A DNA stretch of 64,000 nucleotides from Pseudomonadota bacterium. Lineage in GTDB: Bacteria > Desulfobacterota > Desulfobacteria > Desulfobacterales > UBA11574. Position 1 is the stretch's first letter. Every line of letters starts with the position of its first letter. This document shows, one piece after another, positions 18,420 to 28,907 of this stretch. The stretch spans positions 5,694 to 69,693 of the forward strand of contig JBDRPF010000039.1 in the NCBI GenBank assembly GCA_043827325.1, written 5' to 3'. The notes under the pieces were generated by a model. That model ran no database searches. It saw only the letters and a list, made by a program, of their open reading frames with translations, and had not been told where the DNA came from. Position numbers and translations under genes: made by a program.

Positions 18420-19738
18420 ATCACACTGTTCAGGCGTTTTAAAAGGACTTCTTCCAGCGACGGGCTGCCGTGGTCCTGATATTCATACCTCACCCTGAGC
18501 GTGGGCTTATTCATTGAAACAAGTCTGGGCAGATCAATGGGCGTTGCGTAGAGAACCATATCGCAGTCCACATTATTGATGGTAAGCTCCAGATCGTGAA
18601 TTTGTTCTTTGCTGTATCCCATGGCAGGCAGCAGGGCGCCGATATGGGGATAGGCTTCAAACGTCTCCTTCAGGGTACCGGTAGCGTACGGCCTGGGGTC
18701 GATAATATCGGCGGCCGCGTTCATTTTAGCCGCGATTGTCCCGGCGCCGAAAGGCATTCCCCCGTGGGTGAGTGTGGGGCCGTCTTCAACCACCAGAACG
18801 CGCTTGCCCCGGATGAGACCCGGATCATCCACAATGACCGCCGATTCCGCCAGCACGATCTGAGCGTTGGGAGCGTATTTTTCAATATTTTTTCGAACGA
18901 TTGCCACCTGGGCCGCGTCGGCCATACCCACTTTATTGATGACCGCAATATCCGACATGATCATGTTTGTTTCGCCCGGGTAATACAAGCGTTCATGCCC
19001 CGCACGGTAAGGATCAAATAGGACAATGTGAACATCCGGGAAGTAAAACGGCGTATCGTTGTTCCCGCCGTCCCAGATGATACAATCCGCCTCCATTTCC
19101 GCTGCTTTGAGAATTTGCCCGTAATCGATCCCGGCATAGACAACAATTCCCTGATCCACGAGGGGCTCATACTCTTCCCGTTCCTCAATGGTGCACTGGT
19201 GCGCATCAAAATCGGCATAGGCGGAAAATCGCTGCACGATTTGCCTCGTCAGATCGCCGTAAGGCATGGGGTGACGAACAACAACGATCCTTTTCCCCGT
19301 TCCTTTCAGTATCTTGCACACATGGCGGGTGGTCGGCGATTTGCCGCTTCCTGTTCTCACCGCGCAAACCGCCACAACGGGTTTTACAGATTTGAGCATC
19401 GTGTATGTGGCACCGATAAGGATAAAATCCGCACCGCCCGCCATCACGCCTGAAGCCTTGTGCATGACCTCCACGTGAGGGATGTCGCTGTAGGAAAAGG
19501 CGACCAGATCGACTCTGTTGCGTTGAATCAAATCGGTCAGTTGATCCTCGGGATAGATAGGGATCCCGGCCGGATAGAGCTGTCCCGTAAGCTCCGGTGG
19601 ATAGAGGCGATCTTCGATGTCCGGGATTTGGGCGGCTGTAAAAGCGATGACCCTGTATCTGGGGTTGTCTTTGAAATAAACATTGAAGTTGTGAAAATCC
19701 CTGCCGGCGGCGCCCATGATGATGACTTTTTCAACCAT
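18416..19738 (-). CDS. COG2403-type predicted P-loop NTPase (family sometimes annotated cyclic 2,3-diphosphoglycerate synthetase-like)
   Basis: Opens VIIMGAAGRDFHNFN. Walker A-like TGSGKSPTT mid-protein. ~440 aa. Family assignment is from memory of this N-terminal pattern. Confidence 0.6.
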   Translation of the reverse strand: MVEKVIIMGAAGRDFHNFNVYFKDNPRYRVIAFTAAQIPDIEDRLYPPELTGQLYPAGIPIYPEDQLTDLIQRNRVDLVAFSYSDIPHVEVMHKASGVMAGGADFILIGATYTMLKSVKPVVAVCAVRTGSGKSPTTRHVCKILKGTGKRIVVVRHPMPYGDLTRQIVQRFSAYADFDAHQCTIEEREEYEPLVDQGIVVYAGIDYGQILKAAEMEADCIIWDGGNNDTPFYFPDVHIVLFDPYRAGHERLYYPGETNMIMSDIAVINKVGMADAAQVAIVRKNIEKYAPNAQIVLAESAVIVDDPGLIRGKRVLVVEDGPTLTHGGMPFGAGTIAAKMNAAADIIDPRPYATGTLKETFEAYPHIGALLPAMGYSKEQIHDLELTINNVDCDMVLYATPIDLPRLVSMNKPTLRVRYEYQDHGSPSLEEVLLKRLNSVI

Positions 19739-19820
19739 GTGTTTCCTTTACTAAGACAAAAATATCTTGTTTATCCTGTAATCCTGGTCTAAACATGAAT
19801 GCTCTTATTCGTAATCACTA

Positions 19821-21020
19821 TCAGACGGTCAGGACAGTTTCAATCCTCTCCATGGCCCAGTCGACCTCTTCCCTGGTAATTACAAGCGGCGGCGCAAAAC
19901 GTATAATATTTTGATGGGTTTCCTTGCAGAGCAACCCCTGCTTCATCAGTTTTTCACAATACGGTCTGGCTCCGCCGGCCTCCGGGAGCAGCTCGACACC
20001 GATCAACAGGCCTTTGCCCCTGACTTCCTTGATGTGGGGATTGTTAATCTCTTTCAATCGAGACATGAAATAATCTCCCATCTTCAACGCATTATCGATC
20101 ATATTTTCTTCAATCAAAACTTTCAGCGCTGTTCTGGCTATAGCGCATGCCAGAGGGTTTCCGCCGAAAGTGCTCCCGTGATCGCCGGGCATGAAGACAC
20201 CCAGAACCTCCGTGTTCGACAGCACCGCCGAGATGGGATAGAACCCTCCGGAAAGCGCTTTGCCGATAACCGTTACATCGGACTCGATGCCGTAGTGCTC
20301 TTCAGCAAGAAGCTTCCCGGTTCGACCGAGACCGGTCTGAATTTCATCCAGAATCAACATGACATCATGTTTTTCACAGATAGCCTTGACCTCTTTTAAA
20401 TACCCCGGCGGCGGGATAATGACGCCTGCTTCGCCCTGTATGGGCTCCACCATGAAAGCGACGGTATTGGGTGTTACGGCTGATTTCAAGGCATTTGCAT
20501 CGCCGAAAGGAATTATTTTGAACCCGGGAGCAAAGGGCCCGAAACCGTTCCGGTACTGATCCTCGCTGCTGAAGCCGATAATCGCTATGGTCCTGCCGTG
20601 GAAATTCCCTTTGCATACGATGACTTCAGCCTGATCGGCGGGGACCCCTTTTACTTTGTATCCCCACTTTCGGACCGCCTTGATGACCGTTTCAACCGCT
20701 TCTGCTCCGCTGTTCATGGGCAGGACCTTGTGTGAATGGGTCAGCGCGCACAATTCTTTATAGAGCAGGCCCAGTTGATCGTTGCGGAAGGCCCGGGAGG
20801 TCAAGGTTAATTTCCCGGCCTGTTCCATCATGGTTTTCAGGATCTTGGGGTGGCAGTGCCCCTGATTGACCGCCGAGTATGCTGAAAGGCAGTCCAGGTA
20901 TTTGTTGTCTTCAACGTCCCAGACCCAGACCCCTTCGCCGCGATGTAACACCACATCCAGGGGCTTATAATTGTGAGCCCCGAATTCCTCTTCCAGTTTT
21001 ATGTAGAATTGCCGGTCCAT
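19821..21020 (-). CDS. rocD: Ornithine--oxo-acid aminotransferase
   Basis: Class-III aminotransferase with the OAT-type N-terminus ([43 protein letters not shown]) and [13 protein letters not shown]. Confidence 0.9.
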   Translation of the reverse strand: MDRQFYIKLEEEFGAHNYKPLDVVLHRGEGVWVWDVEDNKYLDCLSAYSAVNQGHCHPKILKTMMEQAGKLTLTSRAFRNDQLGLLYKELCALTHSHKVLPMNSGAEAVETVIKAVRKWGYKVKGVPADQAEVIVCKGNFHGRTIAIIGFSSEDQYRNGFGPFAPGFKIIPFGDANALKSAVTPNTVAFMVEPIQGEAGVIIPPPGYLKEVKAICEKHDVMLILDEIQTGLGRTGKLLAEEHYGIESDVTVIGKALSGGFYPISAVLSNTEVLGVFMPGDHGSTFGGNPLACAIARTALKVLIEENMIDNALKMGDYFMSRLKEINNPHIKEVRGKGLLIGVELLPEAGGARPYCEKLMKQGLLCKETHQNIIRFAPPLVITREEVDWAMERIETVLTV

Positions 21021-21177
21021 TGTTTTACCTCCATACCCCGGACATTGCAGTTAAACCGGATATCTTGATATCGTAATACAAAAGCCGGAAAAAATCATTT
21101 GTTTTTCATGAAATTTTGGGCATAGGTTGACATTTCATCTGCGCTGTTCTACTTTTTGTTCTTTATTCTTTATATAC

Positions 21178-22038
21178 ATGGGAGGTGCTGACATAGAAGT
21201 AATCAAGACCGTACAGGAGATGCGGACACGTTCCGACCGGTTGCGCGGCCGGGGCAAGACCATTGCCGTTGTTCCCACCATGGGCTATCTGCACGAGGGC
21301 CATCTGTCCCTGATGCGAAAAGGGCGTGCGCTGGGAGACGATCTTGCCGTAAGTATTTATGTCAACCCGACCCAGTTCGGTCCCGGGGAAGATATAGAGG
21401 CATACCCGCGAGACCTGGACAGGGATTTGGCGCTGGCTGAAAAAGAGGGTGTGGATGTGGTCTTCGCACCGGATGATACAGCGCTTTATGCCGGAGGATT
21501 TCAGACATATGTGACGCTGGAGAAACTGCCGAATCATCTTTGCGGTATTTCGAGACCCACCCATTTCAGGGGGGTTGCCACCGTTGTCACCAAGCTGTTC
21601 AACATCGTAAAACCGCATTTTGCCGTTTTCGGCCAGAAGGACTATCAGCAGCTTACGATCATTCGCCGGATGGTTCGGGATCTCGATTTTGATATAGAGA
21701 TCGTCGGCGCGCCCACGGTGAGGGAGCCCGACGGGCTTGCGATGAGTTCACGAAACAGCTATCTGTCAACGGAACAGCGGGAAAGCGCTCTCTCACTTAA
21801 TAAATCGCTAAGAAGGGCACAGGCGATGGTTGATGATGGAATAAAGGAGTCAAAACAGATACTCGATGAAGCAGCATCTTTGATAAAATCCTACCCGGAC
21901 ACTGCGATAGATTATGTTTCAATCTGCGATCCGGAAACGCTTGTCGATATGCCAACCGTGAACAGGCCGGCACTGATGGTCCTTGCCGTCAAGGTGGGGA
22001 AAACCCGCCTCATAGACAACAGTCTGCTGAATCCTTAG
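21178..22038 (+). CDS. panC: Pantoate--beta-alanine ligase
   Basis: [15 protein letters not shown] and FGQKDYQQ motifs. ATG 21178 is preferred over the ORF-track upstream start because PanC proteins begin close to the I.T..E.R segment. Confidence 0.9.
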   Translation: MGGADIEVIKTVQEMRTRSDRLRGRGKTIAVVPTMGYLHEGHLSLMRKGRALGDDLAVSIYVNPTQFGPGEDIEAYPRDLDRDLALAEKEGVDVVFAPDDTALYAGGFQTYVTLEKLPNHLCGISRPTHFRGVATVVTKLFNIVKPHFAVFGQKDYQQLTIIRRMVRDLDFDIEIVGAPTVREPDGLAMSSRNSYLSTEQRESALSLNKSLRRAQAMVDDGIKESKQILDEAASLIKSYPDTAIDYVSICDPETLVDMPTVNRPALMVLAVKVGKTRLIDNSLLNP

Positions 22039-22090
22039 AGGATACTCTTCGATTTTAGATTTTCAAACAAATGTTAAAAAGGAGATATGT

Positions 22091-23260
22091 ATGAGCAAAG
22101 AAAAATTCTTATTTACATCTGAATCCGTCACTGAAGGCCATCCGGACAAAGTGGCCGACGCCATATCCGATTCCATACTCGACGCGATTATTGCCAAAGA
22201 CAAGCATTGCAGGGTTGCCTGTGAAACACTCGTGACAACCGGGCTTGCCTTTATCGCGGGAGAGATCACTACCGACTGCTATGTTGATATGCCGGAAATT
22301 ATAAGGGAAACCATTCGCGATATCGGATACAGCTCATCCCAGATGGGTTTCGACTGGCAGACGTGTTCGGTGATCACCAGCATCGGTCAGCAGTCTCCGG
22401 ATATCGCCCAGGGTGTAAATATAGGTGAGGGCCTTTTCAAGGAACAGGGCGCCGGAGACCAGGGGCTCATGTTCGGGTTTGCCTGTGATGAAACCCCGGA
22501 GTTGATGCCGATGTCCATCACCTATGCCCACAAGATATGCCAACGCCTTGCCACCGTGCGGAAGAACAACGCTCTGGATTTTTTGAGACCCGACGGCAAA
22601 TCCCAGGTCACCATCGAGTATGAAAACGGAACGCCGCTCCGTGTTGATACGGTTGTTATCGCCGCACAGCACAAACCGAGCGTATCTCATTCAGATTTAA
22701 AAGAAGCGATTATCGAAGAGGTCATAAAAAAGGTTATCCCGAAAGAAATGGTTGACGGCGACACCCGCTATTTTATCAATGCCACCGGAAGGTTTGTGAT
22801 CGGCGGCCCCATGGGAGACTGCGGCGTTACCGGCCGAAAAATAATTGTTGACACCTACGGCGGGCAAGGGAGCCACGGCGGCGGGTGTTTTTCCGGAAAA
22901 GACCCTTCCAAGGTGGACCGAAGCGGTTCTTACATGGCCCGGCACATTGCAAAAAACGTGGTTGCCGCCGGGATCGCAAAGAAATGCGAGATTCAGATTG
23001 CCTATGCCATCGGCGTTGCAGAACCTGTCTCCGTAATGGTTGATCTGATGGGGACGGGTCTTGTTCCGAAGCGCCGGATTGAAGAGATCGTCAGAGAGGT
23101 CTTTGATTTGCGACCCGGTGCCATCATTGAGTATCTGGACCTTCTGCGGCCGATTTACAGAAAAACCGCAGCCTATGGACATTTCGGAAGAAAAGAGCCT
23201 GAATTCACATGGGAAAAAACCAACATGGCGGATGTGCTGAGAGACAGGGCCGGGCTGTGA
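22091..23260 (+). CDS. metK: S-adenosylmethionine synthetase
   Basis: [24 protein letters not shown] and GGGAFSGKD-type ([16 protein letters not shown]) motifs. Confidence 0.95.
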   Translation: MSKEKFLFTSESVTEGHPDKVADAISDSILDAIIAKDKHCRVACETLVTTGLAFIAGEITTDCYVDMPEIIRETIRDIGYSSSQMGFDWQTCSVITSIGQQSPDIAQGVNIGEGLFKEQGAGDQGLMFGFACDETPELMPMSITYAHKICQRLATVRKNNALDFLRPDGKSQVTIEYENGTPLRVDTVVIAAQHKPSVSHSDLKEAIIEEVIKKVIPKEMVDGDTRYFINATGRFVIGGPMGDCGVTGRKIIVDTYGGQGSHGGGCFSGKDPSKVDRSGSYMARHIAKNVVAAGIAKKCEIQIAYAIGVAEPVSVMVDLMGTGLVPKRRIEEIVREVFDLRPGAIIEYLDLLRPIYRKTAAYGHFGRKEPEFTWEKTNMADVLRDRAGL

Positions 23261-23343
23261 TGTTATGAAGCGGAACGCAAGATGCGGGATACCGGACAGA
23301 TGAATTTCGCTTCTTGCGTCTTTGCTGAAAAGGAGAGGATTAG

Positions 23344-24603
<1,260 letters not shown>

Positions 24604-24656
24604 ATTAATTCAGCCGCCTGTCCTGACGAGCAAGATGGTTTTTGGCTGTCAGTTAA

Positions 24657-24854
24657 TATGGTGCATGGTATGACACCAAAACCCAAACTTCAAACCGGAA
24701 AATCGACCTTGGGCCGGCAATGCTGAAAGAATTGAAAAAATGGAACCTGGCTTGCCCTCCAACTACACTTAATCTTGCATTTCCGAATGATGAAACCGGT
24801 CAATCAAGAGGCCGCGTGCAGATTAGAAAGCACCATTTTTGGAACAAGTGGTAG
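24657..24854 (+). pseudogene. Internal fragment of a tyrosine recombinase (phage-type integrase) gene
   Basis: Open frame YGAWYDTKTQTSNRKIDLGPAMLKELKKWNLACPPTTLNLAFPNDETGQ... This resembles the PKT..S.R.I.L...L...L..W......LVFPN..G segment between the core-binding and catalytic domains. It is bounded by stops, has no catalytic R/H/R/Y region, and lies 60 nt from the tRNA-Val 3' end. Confidence 0.5.
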
Positions 24855-24873
24855 CAAAACGGTAGCAAGCAAC

Positions 24874-24905
24874 AAAAAAGGGGAAACGCTGCAAAGCGTA
24901 ACCCC
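24874..24905 (-). terminator. Rho-independent terminator downstream of tRNA-Val
   Basis: Minus strand: gggg-tt-acgct / tttgc loop / agcgt-tt-cccc followed by tttttt. Confidence 0.65.
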
Positions 24906-24915
24906 TTTAAATCTG

Positions 24916-24990
24916 TGGTAGGCACGATTGGATTTGAACCAACGACTTCTACCGTGTCAAGGTAGCGCTCTCCCCCTGAGCTACGTGCCT
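24916..24990 (-). tRNA. tRNA-Val (anticodon GAC), CCA encoded
   Basis: Manual fold: acceptor AGGCACG/CGTGCCT, D arm GCTC-AGGGGGA-GAGC, anticodon arm CTACC-TTGACAC-GGTAG, T arm GTTGG-TTCAAAT-CCAAT, discriminator A, CCA. Confidence 0.95.
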
Positions 24991-25065
24991 GTGTGCGAGA
25001 AAAATCGATAACACCTCTTATTTCACCTGTCAAGAAAAATGCCCTGGCGGAAACGGCACGAATCG

Positions 25066-25347
25066 TCATCCCCGTCGTTCGGAACGCTTCAGATATGCCG
25101 ACAACCGTTCTCTTATCTCGTCCGGGATCACCGTCGATTCGTTTCTGCTGTAATCATAACAGACCTGGACCGATTCCCCCGCCGCGTAAACCGTCGACGG
25201 GTCGGAACGGTTTACCAGTTTGTAATCATAGCCGAAACTTTTGGTTCCGATGGTGTTCACACACAGCTGCAGGGTTATCCGGTCGGCAAGTCTGATCTGT
25301 ATCAAAATGTCGCAGCAGATATGGGGTTTTGCCTTTCTTCCCCGTTT
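25066..25347 (-). pseudogene. C-terminal fragment of a 4HBT/YbgC-type acyl-CoA thioesterase
   Basis: ...ICCDILIQIRLADRITLQLCVNTIGTKSFGYDYKLVN...AAGESVQVCYDY....VIPDEIRERL parallels the second half of YbgC-like hotdog thioesterases. About 50 N-terminal residues, including the catalytic Asp region, are absent, and an in-frame stop lies at 25348-25350. Confidence 0.5.
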
Positions 25348-25531
25348 TTAGCGGGACAGGCAGGAAAGGCAAAAAAATCCTGAATATCCTGTATATCCTG
25401 TCCAAATAAAACTATTTGCCCCCGGACTCTCCGGCGGAACCAGAAATTTATTGCACTGTCGGGTTGGGATGTGGCAATTTGAAGACAGTGTACAGCCTCA
25501 GAAACACATTACATTATTAATAGCGGTTCAC

Positions 25532-25564
25532 CCCCACCCTCCAAGGGGGAGGGTGGGGAGGGGG
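25532..25564 (+). other. GC-rich 11-bp hairpin overlapping a canonical G-quadruplex motif (G5-A-G3-T-G4-A-G5)
   Basis: ccccaccctcc (25532-25542) pairs with ggagggtgggg (25548-25558). G-tracts lie at 25545-49, 25551-53, 25555-58 and 25560-64, separated by single-nucleotide loops. Confidence 0.7.
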
Positions 25565-25652
25565 CCATTGTTGAGTTAAAAAAAAATCTTTTACGCAACA
25601 CTATCCCAATTTACCCGCGAGACAAGTGGGTCAATGAAAGGAGGTGAGGACC

Positions 25653-26504
25653 ATGAATGTGAGAAAAGCGACGCTGGCAGGGTCCTGGTATCCGGGCAGG
25701 GCTTCCGAGTGTGAAAAAGAAATTAAAAAATTTTTAACGGAATACGACACAAAAACCCTATCGAACCGGCCGTTGACCGGCGGAATCGTCCCCCACGCCG
25801 GATGGTACTTCTCCGGCAGTATCGCCTGCAATGTAATACACTGCCTGAAGCAGGCCGAACCACCGGATGTGATCGTCATTTTCGGGATGCACCTTCATAC
25901 CGGCTCGCCCGCCTATATTATGACTGACGGTGCCTGGGAAACACCTTTTGGCGAGGTGATGATCGAAAAGGAACTCTCCGCCGAACTCGCTGAAAAATTC
26001 ACCTTTACCATCGAGACAACCGAACGTCACACGAGGGACAACACCATAGAGCTTCAGCTCCCCTTCATTAAATACTTTTTTGAAGACACAAAAATCGTTC
26101 CCATGGGTGTACCGCCTGTAAACAATTCGCTTGGCATCGGAAAGGCTGTTGCGGAGATATCCGCCCGGCTTGGCTTGCGTGTGAAGGTCCTGGGATCCAC
26201 AGACCTTACCCACTATGGTTCAAATTACGGTTTCGTAACCAAAGGGACCGGTAAAAAAGCGCTGGATTGGGTGGTCAACGAAAACGATCGCAGGGTCATC
26301 GATGCTATGCTTGCAATGGATCCAGAAAGCGTGATCAGCGAGGCCACAACGAATCACAATGCCTGCTGCGGCGGCGCGGCAGCCACGGCAATCGCCGCCG
26401 CAAAAGCCCTCGGCGCCGAACGTGCCGAATCCATTGCCTATGCCACCAGCTATGAAAAGAGTCCGGGGAGTAGTTTTGTAGGGTATGTGGGGATTGTTTT
26501 TTAA
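25653..26504 (+). CDS. Memo-like protein (AmmeMemoRadiSam system protein B family), stand-alone copy
   Basis: AGSWYPG near the N-terminus, IVPHAGWYFSG, DLTHYG. ATG 25653 lies 8 nt after AAGGAGG. No signal peptide. Confidence 0.85.
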   Translation: MNVRKATLAGSWYPGRASECEKEIKKFLTEYDTKTLSNRPLTGGIVPHAGWYFSGSIACNVIHCLKQAEPPDVIVIFGMHLHTGSPAYIMTDGAWETPFGEVMIEKELSAELAEKFTFTIETTERHTRDNTIELQLPFIKYFFEDTKIVPMGVPPVNNSLGIGKAVAEISARLGLRVKVLGSTDLTHYGSNYGFVTKGTGKKALDWVVNENDRRVIDAMLAMDPESVISEATTNHNACCGGAAATAIAAAKALGAERAESIAYATSYEKSPGSSFVGYVGIVF

Positions 26505-26640
26505 GGGGCAAAAAGCGCCTTGGGACAAAAATTCGAAATCCCAAGCTCGAAATTCGTATTTCGTGCTTTATATTAATTTCTCCCCGGACCGGTGAACCTC
26601 GCCGGGGCCTTTCGCCCTGGGTGGAGGCTGTTTTCCGCGA

Positions 26641-26985
26641 CTAAAACCGTTTCTTGGATCGAAATATCGTGTAAAGCAGATCCAGCGTCTCCGGGTCGGG
26701 TGCCGGTTTTTTATCGATCAGCACACTCCACGATGTGTGTTCTTCCAGCGGCGACAGTGCGCCGGATATTATTGAAAGAATATTCGCGGGATCATTTCCC
26801 CGGGTGTTGATCTGCTCCATCTCCTGAAAGGATACGTCCTCGTCTTTATGGGTCCCCGGACCGAGTCCGATGAGCATCGACCCTTCCCCGATATCGACCA
26901 GGGCGCGGTTCAGCGCGGCGGACAGTTTCGGAGCGATCGGCGACAGCTCCCTGTGGATCATCTTCGCGACATCATAGGGTGTCAT
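26641..26985 (-). CDS. Hypothetical protein (114 aa)
   Basis: ORF with an AGGAAAGAGGAAGG purine tract upstream, co-oriented directly downstream of cobO. No family recognised. Confidence 0.45.
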   Translation of the reverse strand: MTPYDVAKMIHRELSPIAPKLSAALNRALVDIGEGSMLIGLGPGTHKDEDVSFQEMEQINTRGNDPANILSIISGALSPLEEHTSWSVLIDKKPAPDPETLDLLYTIFRSKKRF

Positions 26986-27010
26986 CTATGTCAACCTTCC
27001 TCTTTCCTGA

Positions 27011-27049
27011 GCGGCGAAGCCGCGTTATATAACATCGCGAAGCGATGTT
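27011..27049. repeat. Repeat family B, copy 2: twin GAA-loop mini-hairpins
   Basis: gcggc-gaa-gccgc, 7-nt spacer, aacatcgc-gaa-gcgatgtt. Overlaps the cobO stop codon (27048-27050). Confidence 0.8.
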
Positions 27050-27575
27050 ATCTCTCGATGCCATTTCGTGCCGTAACACCGTCGTTATAATAATGTTTTA
27101 TCTCTTTCATTTCGCTCACCAGGTCGGCGCGCTCAATCAGCGCTGCCGGCGCCCGGCGCCCGGTAAGAACGATTTCCACACGGTCCGGCCGATGGTCCAG
27201 AAGCGCCAGGACGTCCTCGACGGGAATCAGGTCGAACCATACGGCCACATTGATCTCGTCGAGCACGATGATGTCGTATTCTCCGGAAAGCATCGCCTCC
27301 CGGGCCCTGGCAAGTCCCTCTAACGCCTGATCAATCTGCGCCTGCGTCACTTCATCCCTCTGCACGTGGTTCGTGTCCCCGTATTGCTCAATCGTTATAT
27401 GGCAACTGTCCGATAGTGCCGAAAGTTCCCCGTAGTGCTGCCCCTTCATAAACTGGCCGATGTAGGTTTTCAGCCCGTGACCGGAAGCCCGAACGGCAAG
27501 GCCCAGGGCGGCGGTCGTCTTACCCTTGCCGTCTCCGGTGTAGACCTGAATGTATCCCCGATTTTTTTTCATCAA
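27048..27575 (-). CDS. cobO: Cob(I)yrinic acid a,c-diamide adenosyltransferase
   Basis: GYIQVYTGDGKGKTTAALGLA.RA.G.G...IGQFMKG and LDEIN motifs of the CobA/CobO/BtuR family. Confidence 0.9.
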   Translation of the reverse strand: MMKKNRGYIQVYTGDGKGKTTAALGLAVRASGHGLKTYIGQFMKGQHYGELSALSDSCHITIEQYGDTNHVQRDEVTQAQIDQALEGLARAREAMLSGEYDIIVLDEINVAVWFDLIPVEDVLALLDHRPDRVEIVLTGRRAPAALIERADLVSEMKEIKHYYNDGVTARNGIER

Positions 27576-27593
27576 TAATAAATTTAAGATTCG

Positions 27594-28040
27594 TTATAAG
27601 GAATTGAATTTTTTTTTTAGCTTTAAAATGCTTTCCTGCAGTTGTGGTCTTAAAAGCTTCCGATGAATTGGAGGGATGTCGTAATCTTCTGAAACAAAGA
27701 GGCAATCTATTATTTTATCAACAAGTTTGCTGTCAAGGCTTCCGATTATCTGCACGTCTGTATTTTTATCAACGTCCTCTGGATGCATTTCATATCTTTC
27801 GTAGAGTTCTATCCAGGTGTCTTCCTTGAAAAAAGTTTTTCCCGAAGGGATAAAAAACAAGCTGCGTTCTTTGATGCATCCGGGTCGTGAAGGGTTGTTT
27901 TTTTGTTGAGAAGTGGTCTTAACAAAAATGCAGGTTTCTTTTTTGCCGGGGGTATTCAACAACAGGAGAAGTTTCCTGCCGACAGATCCATTTCTAAATT
28001 TAAAATTGGGGTGGAAAAAGATATCACCGCGAGTTTGCAA
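27594..28040 (-). CDS. Candidate toxin partner of the PanA antitoxin; N-terminal half MazF/PemK-like
   Basis: TTG start immediately after the PanA TGA, with GGAG 8 nt upstream. RGDIFF..F.F..G..GRK.LLLL and CIFVKTTSQQK resemble MazF GDLIWVDFDP..G.E..G.RPAVVLS and CLCVPCTTQSK. The C-terminal ~70 aa are unrecognised. AT-rich. Confidence 0.55.
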   Translation of the reverse strand: MQTRGDIFFHPNFKFRNGSVGRKLLLLLNTPGKKETCIFVKTTSQQKNNPSRPGCIKERSLFFIPSGKTFFKEDTWIELYERYEMHPEDVDKNTDVQIIGSLDSKLVDKIIDCLFVSEDYDIPPIHRKLLRPQLQESILKLKKKFNSL

Positions 28041-28598
28041 TCAGGCAGCTCCAAAAATTCTGTGCATTTCGGAAATTTCTTCTTTTCTTTCTCTCGCTTC
28101 ATCAGCCGACAAACTACTATCAATACTATCAATAGACAGCATATAATCAATTTTTTCAAACATCCCTTTTTCTTTTAAGGTTTTATCCCAGGGTTCGTTC
28201 GCCAAATGAGTTGATTCGATCATTTCATCCGCCTTGGCCTCCTTAAAAATAAAAGAAATATCTTCCAGGAGCTTCATTTCTCTTTTTGAAAAATAATCGC
28301 CATTAAATTTTTTCTTCGGTATGATTTTCTGAAATCCTTCTTTGGGCAACTTCTCAATTGCTGCCTTAAGATCAGGTTTCATTTCCTCGGTGATTTCCTC
28401 AAATAAAACCTTTGGCACAGGCCCCATATCCCACGCATAATAATCGAGACCGGTTACGGATTTACCCGTTTGCTTAAAATGACGGAAATCTAAAAAATAC
28501 AGCAGTTTTAATAGCTTGGTTTTCCCGCAGAATTTCGTCTTTTCGGCAAAATAAATTATTGAATTTATAAGTTTCTCTCTATGATGAGTGATAATCAT
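28041..28598 (-). CDS. Panacea/SocA (DUF4065) domain antitoxin-like protein (PanA)
   Basis: KLLKLLYFLDFRHFKQTGKSVTGLDYYAWDMGPVP matches the characteristic KLQKLLYF....H.....G.P......AW..GPV pattern of DUF4065. Confidence 0.8.
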   Translation of the reverse strand: MIITHHREKLINSIIYFAEKTKFCGKTKLLKLLYFLDFRHFKQTGKSVTGLDYYAWDMGPVPKVLFEEITEEMKPDLKAAIEKLPKEGFQKIIPKKKFNGDYFSKREMKLLEDISFIFKEAKADEMIESTHLANEPWDKTLKEKGMFEKIDYMLSIDSIDSSLSADEARERKEEISEMHRIFGAA

Positions 28599-28860
28599 CG
28601 ATTAAATCTCATGTATATTAGTGTGGTTTTTTCTTTTTTATGTGATGTTAATGCATGAATTTAGCAAAGCAAGGTTTTATGCAAGGTGTATCTTTGAATT
28701 GTTGTATCTAAATCTTATCCGCTGATTGTTTTTGAGATGGTGATTTTCAACTTGTATATTGAATCGCCTTTTTTGTCAATATCTTAGGCAATTTTCCTAA
28801 AGGAAGGCTGAATTGGGATATGAATTATTGCTTTTGCGCCCCATATTACAAATCGGTTAA

Positions 28861-28896
28861 AAACATAAAGGGCTACGGATTAATTCCCGTAACCCC
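28861..28896 (-). terminator. Rho-independent terminator downstream of tRNA-Gln
   Basis: Minus strand: ggg-g-ttacgg / gaattaat / ccgta-g-ccc followed by tttatgttt. Confidence 0.5.
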
Positions 28897-28907
28897 TTTA
28901 ATTTAAT

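Noticed and set aside
17433-18479. 348-aa ORF on the plus strand
   Set aside because: Antisense shadow of carbamate kinase. His/Asp/Phe-rich nonsense-like sequence.
24800-25069. 89-aa minus-strand ORF
   Set aside because: It reads straight through tRNA-Val and its terminator, so it is not a credible protein.
27576-27640. Direct repeat of the tRNA-Gln 3' end that would delimit the toxin-antitoxin islet
   Set aside because: Only about 8 nt (agattcg-type) resemble the tRNA T-arm region. This is too short to call an att site.
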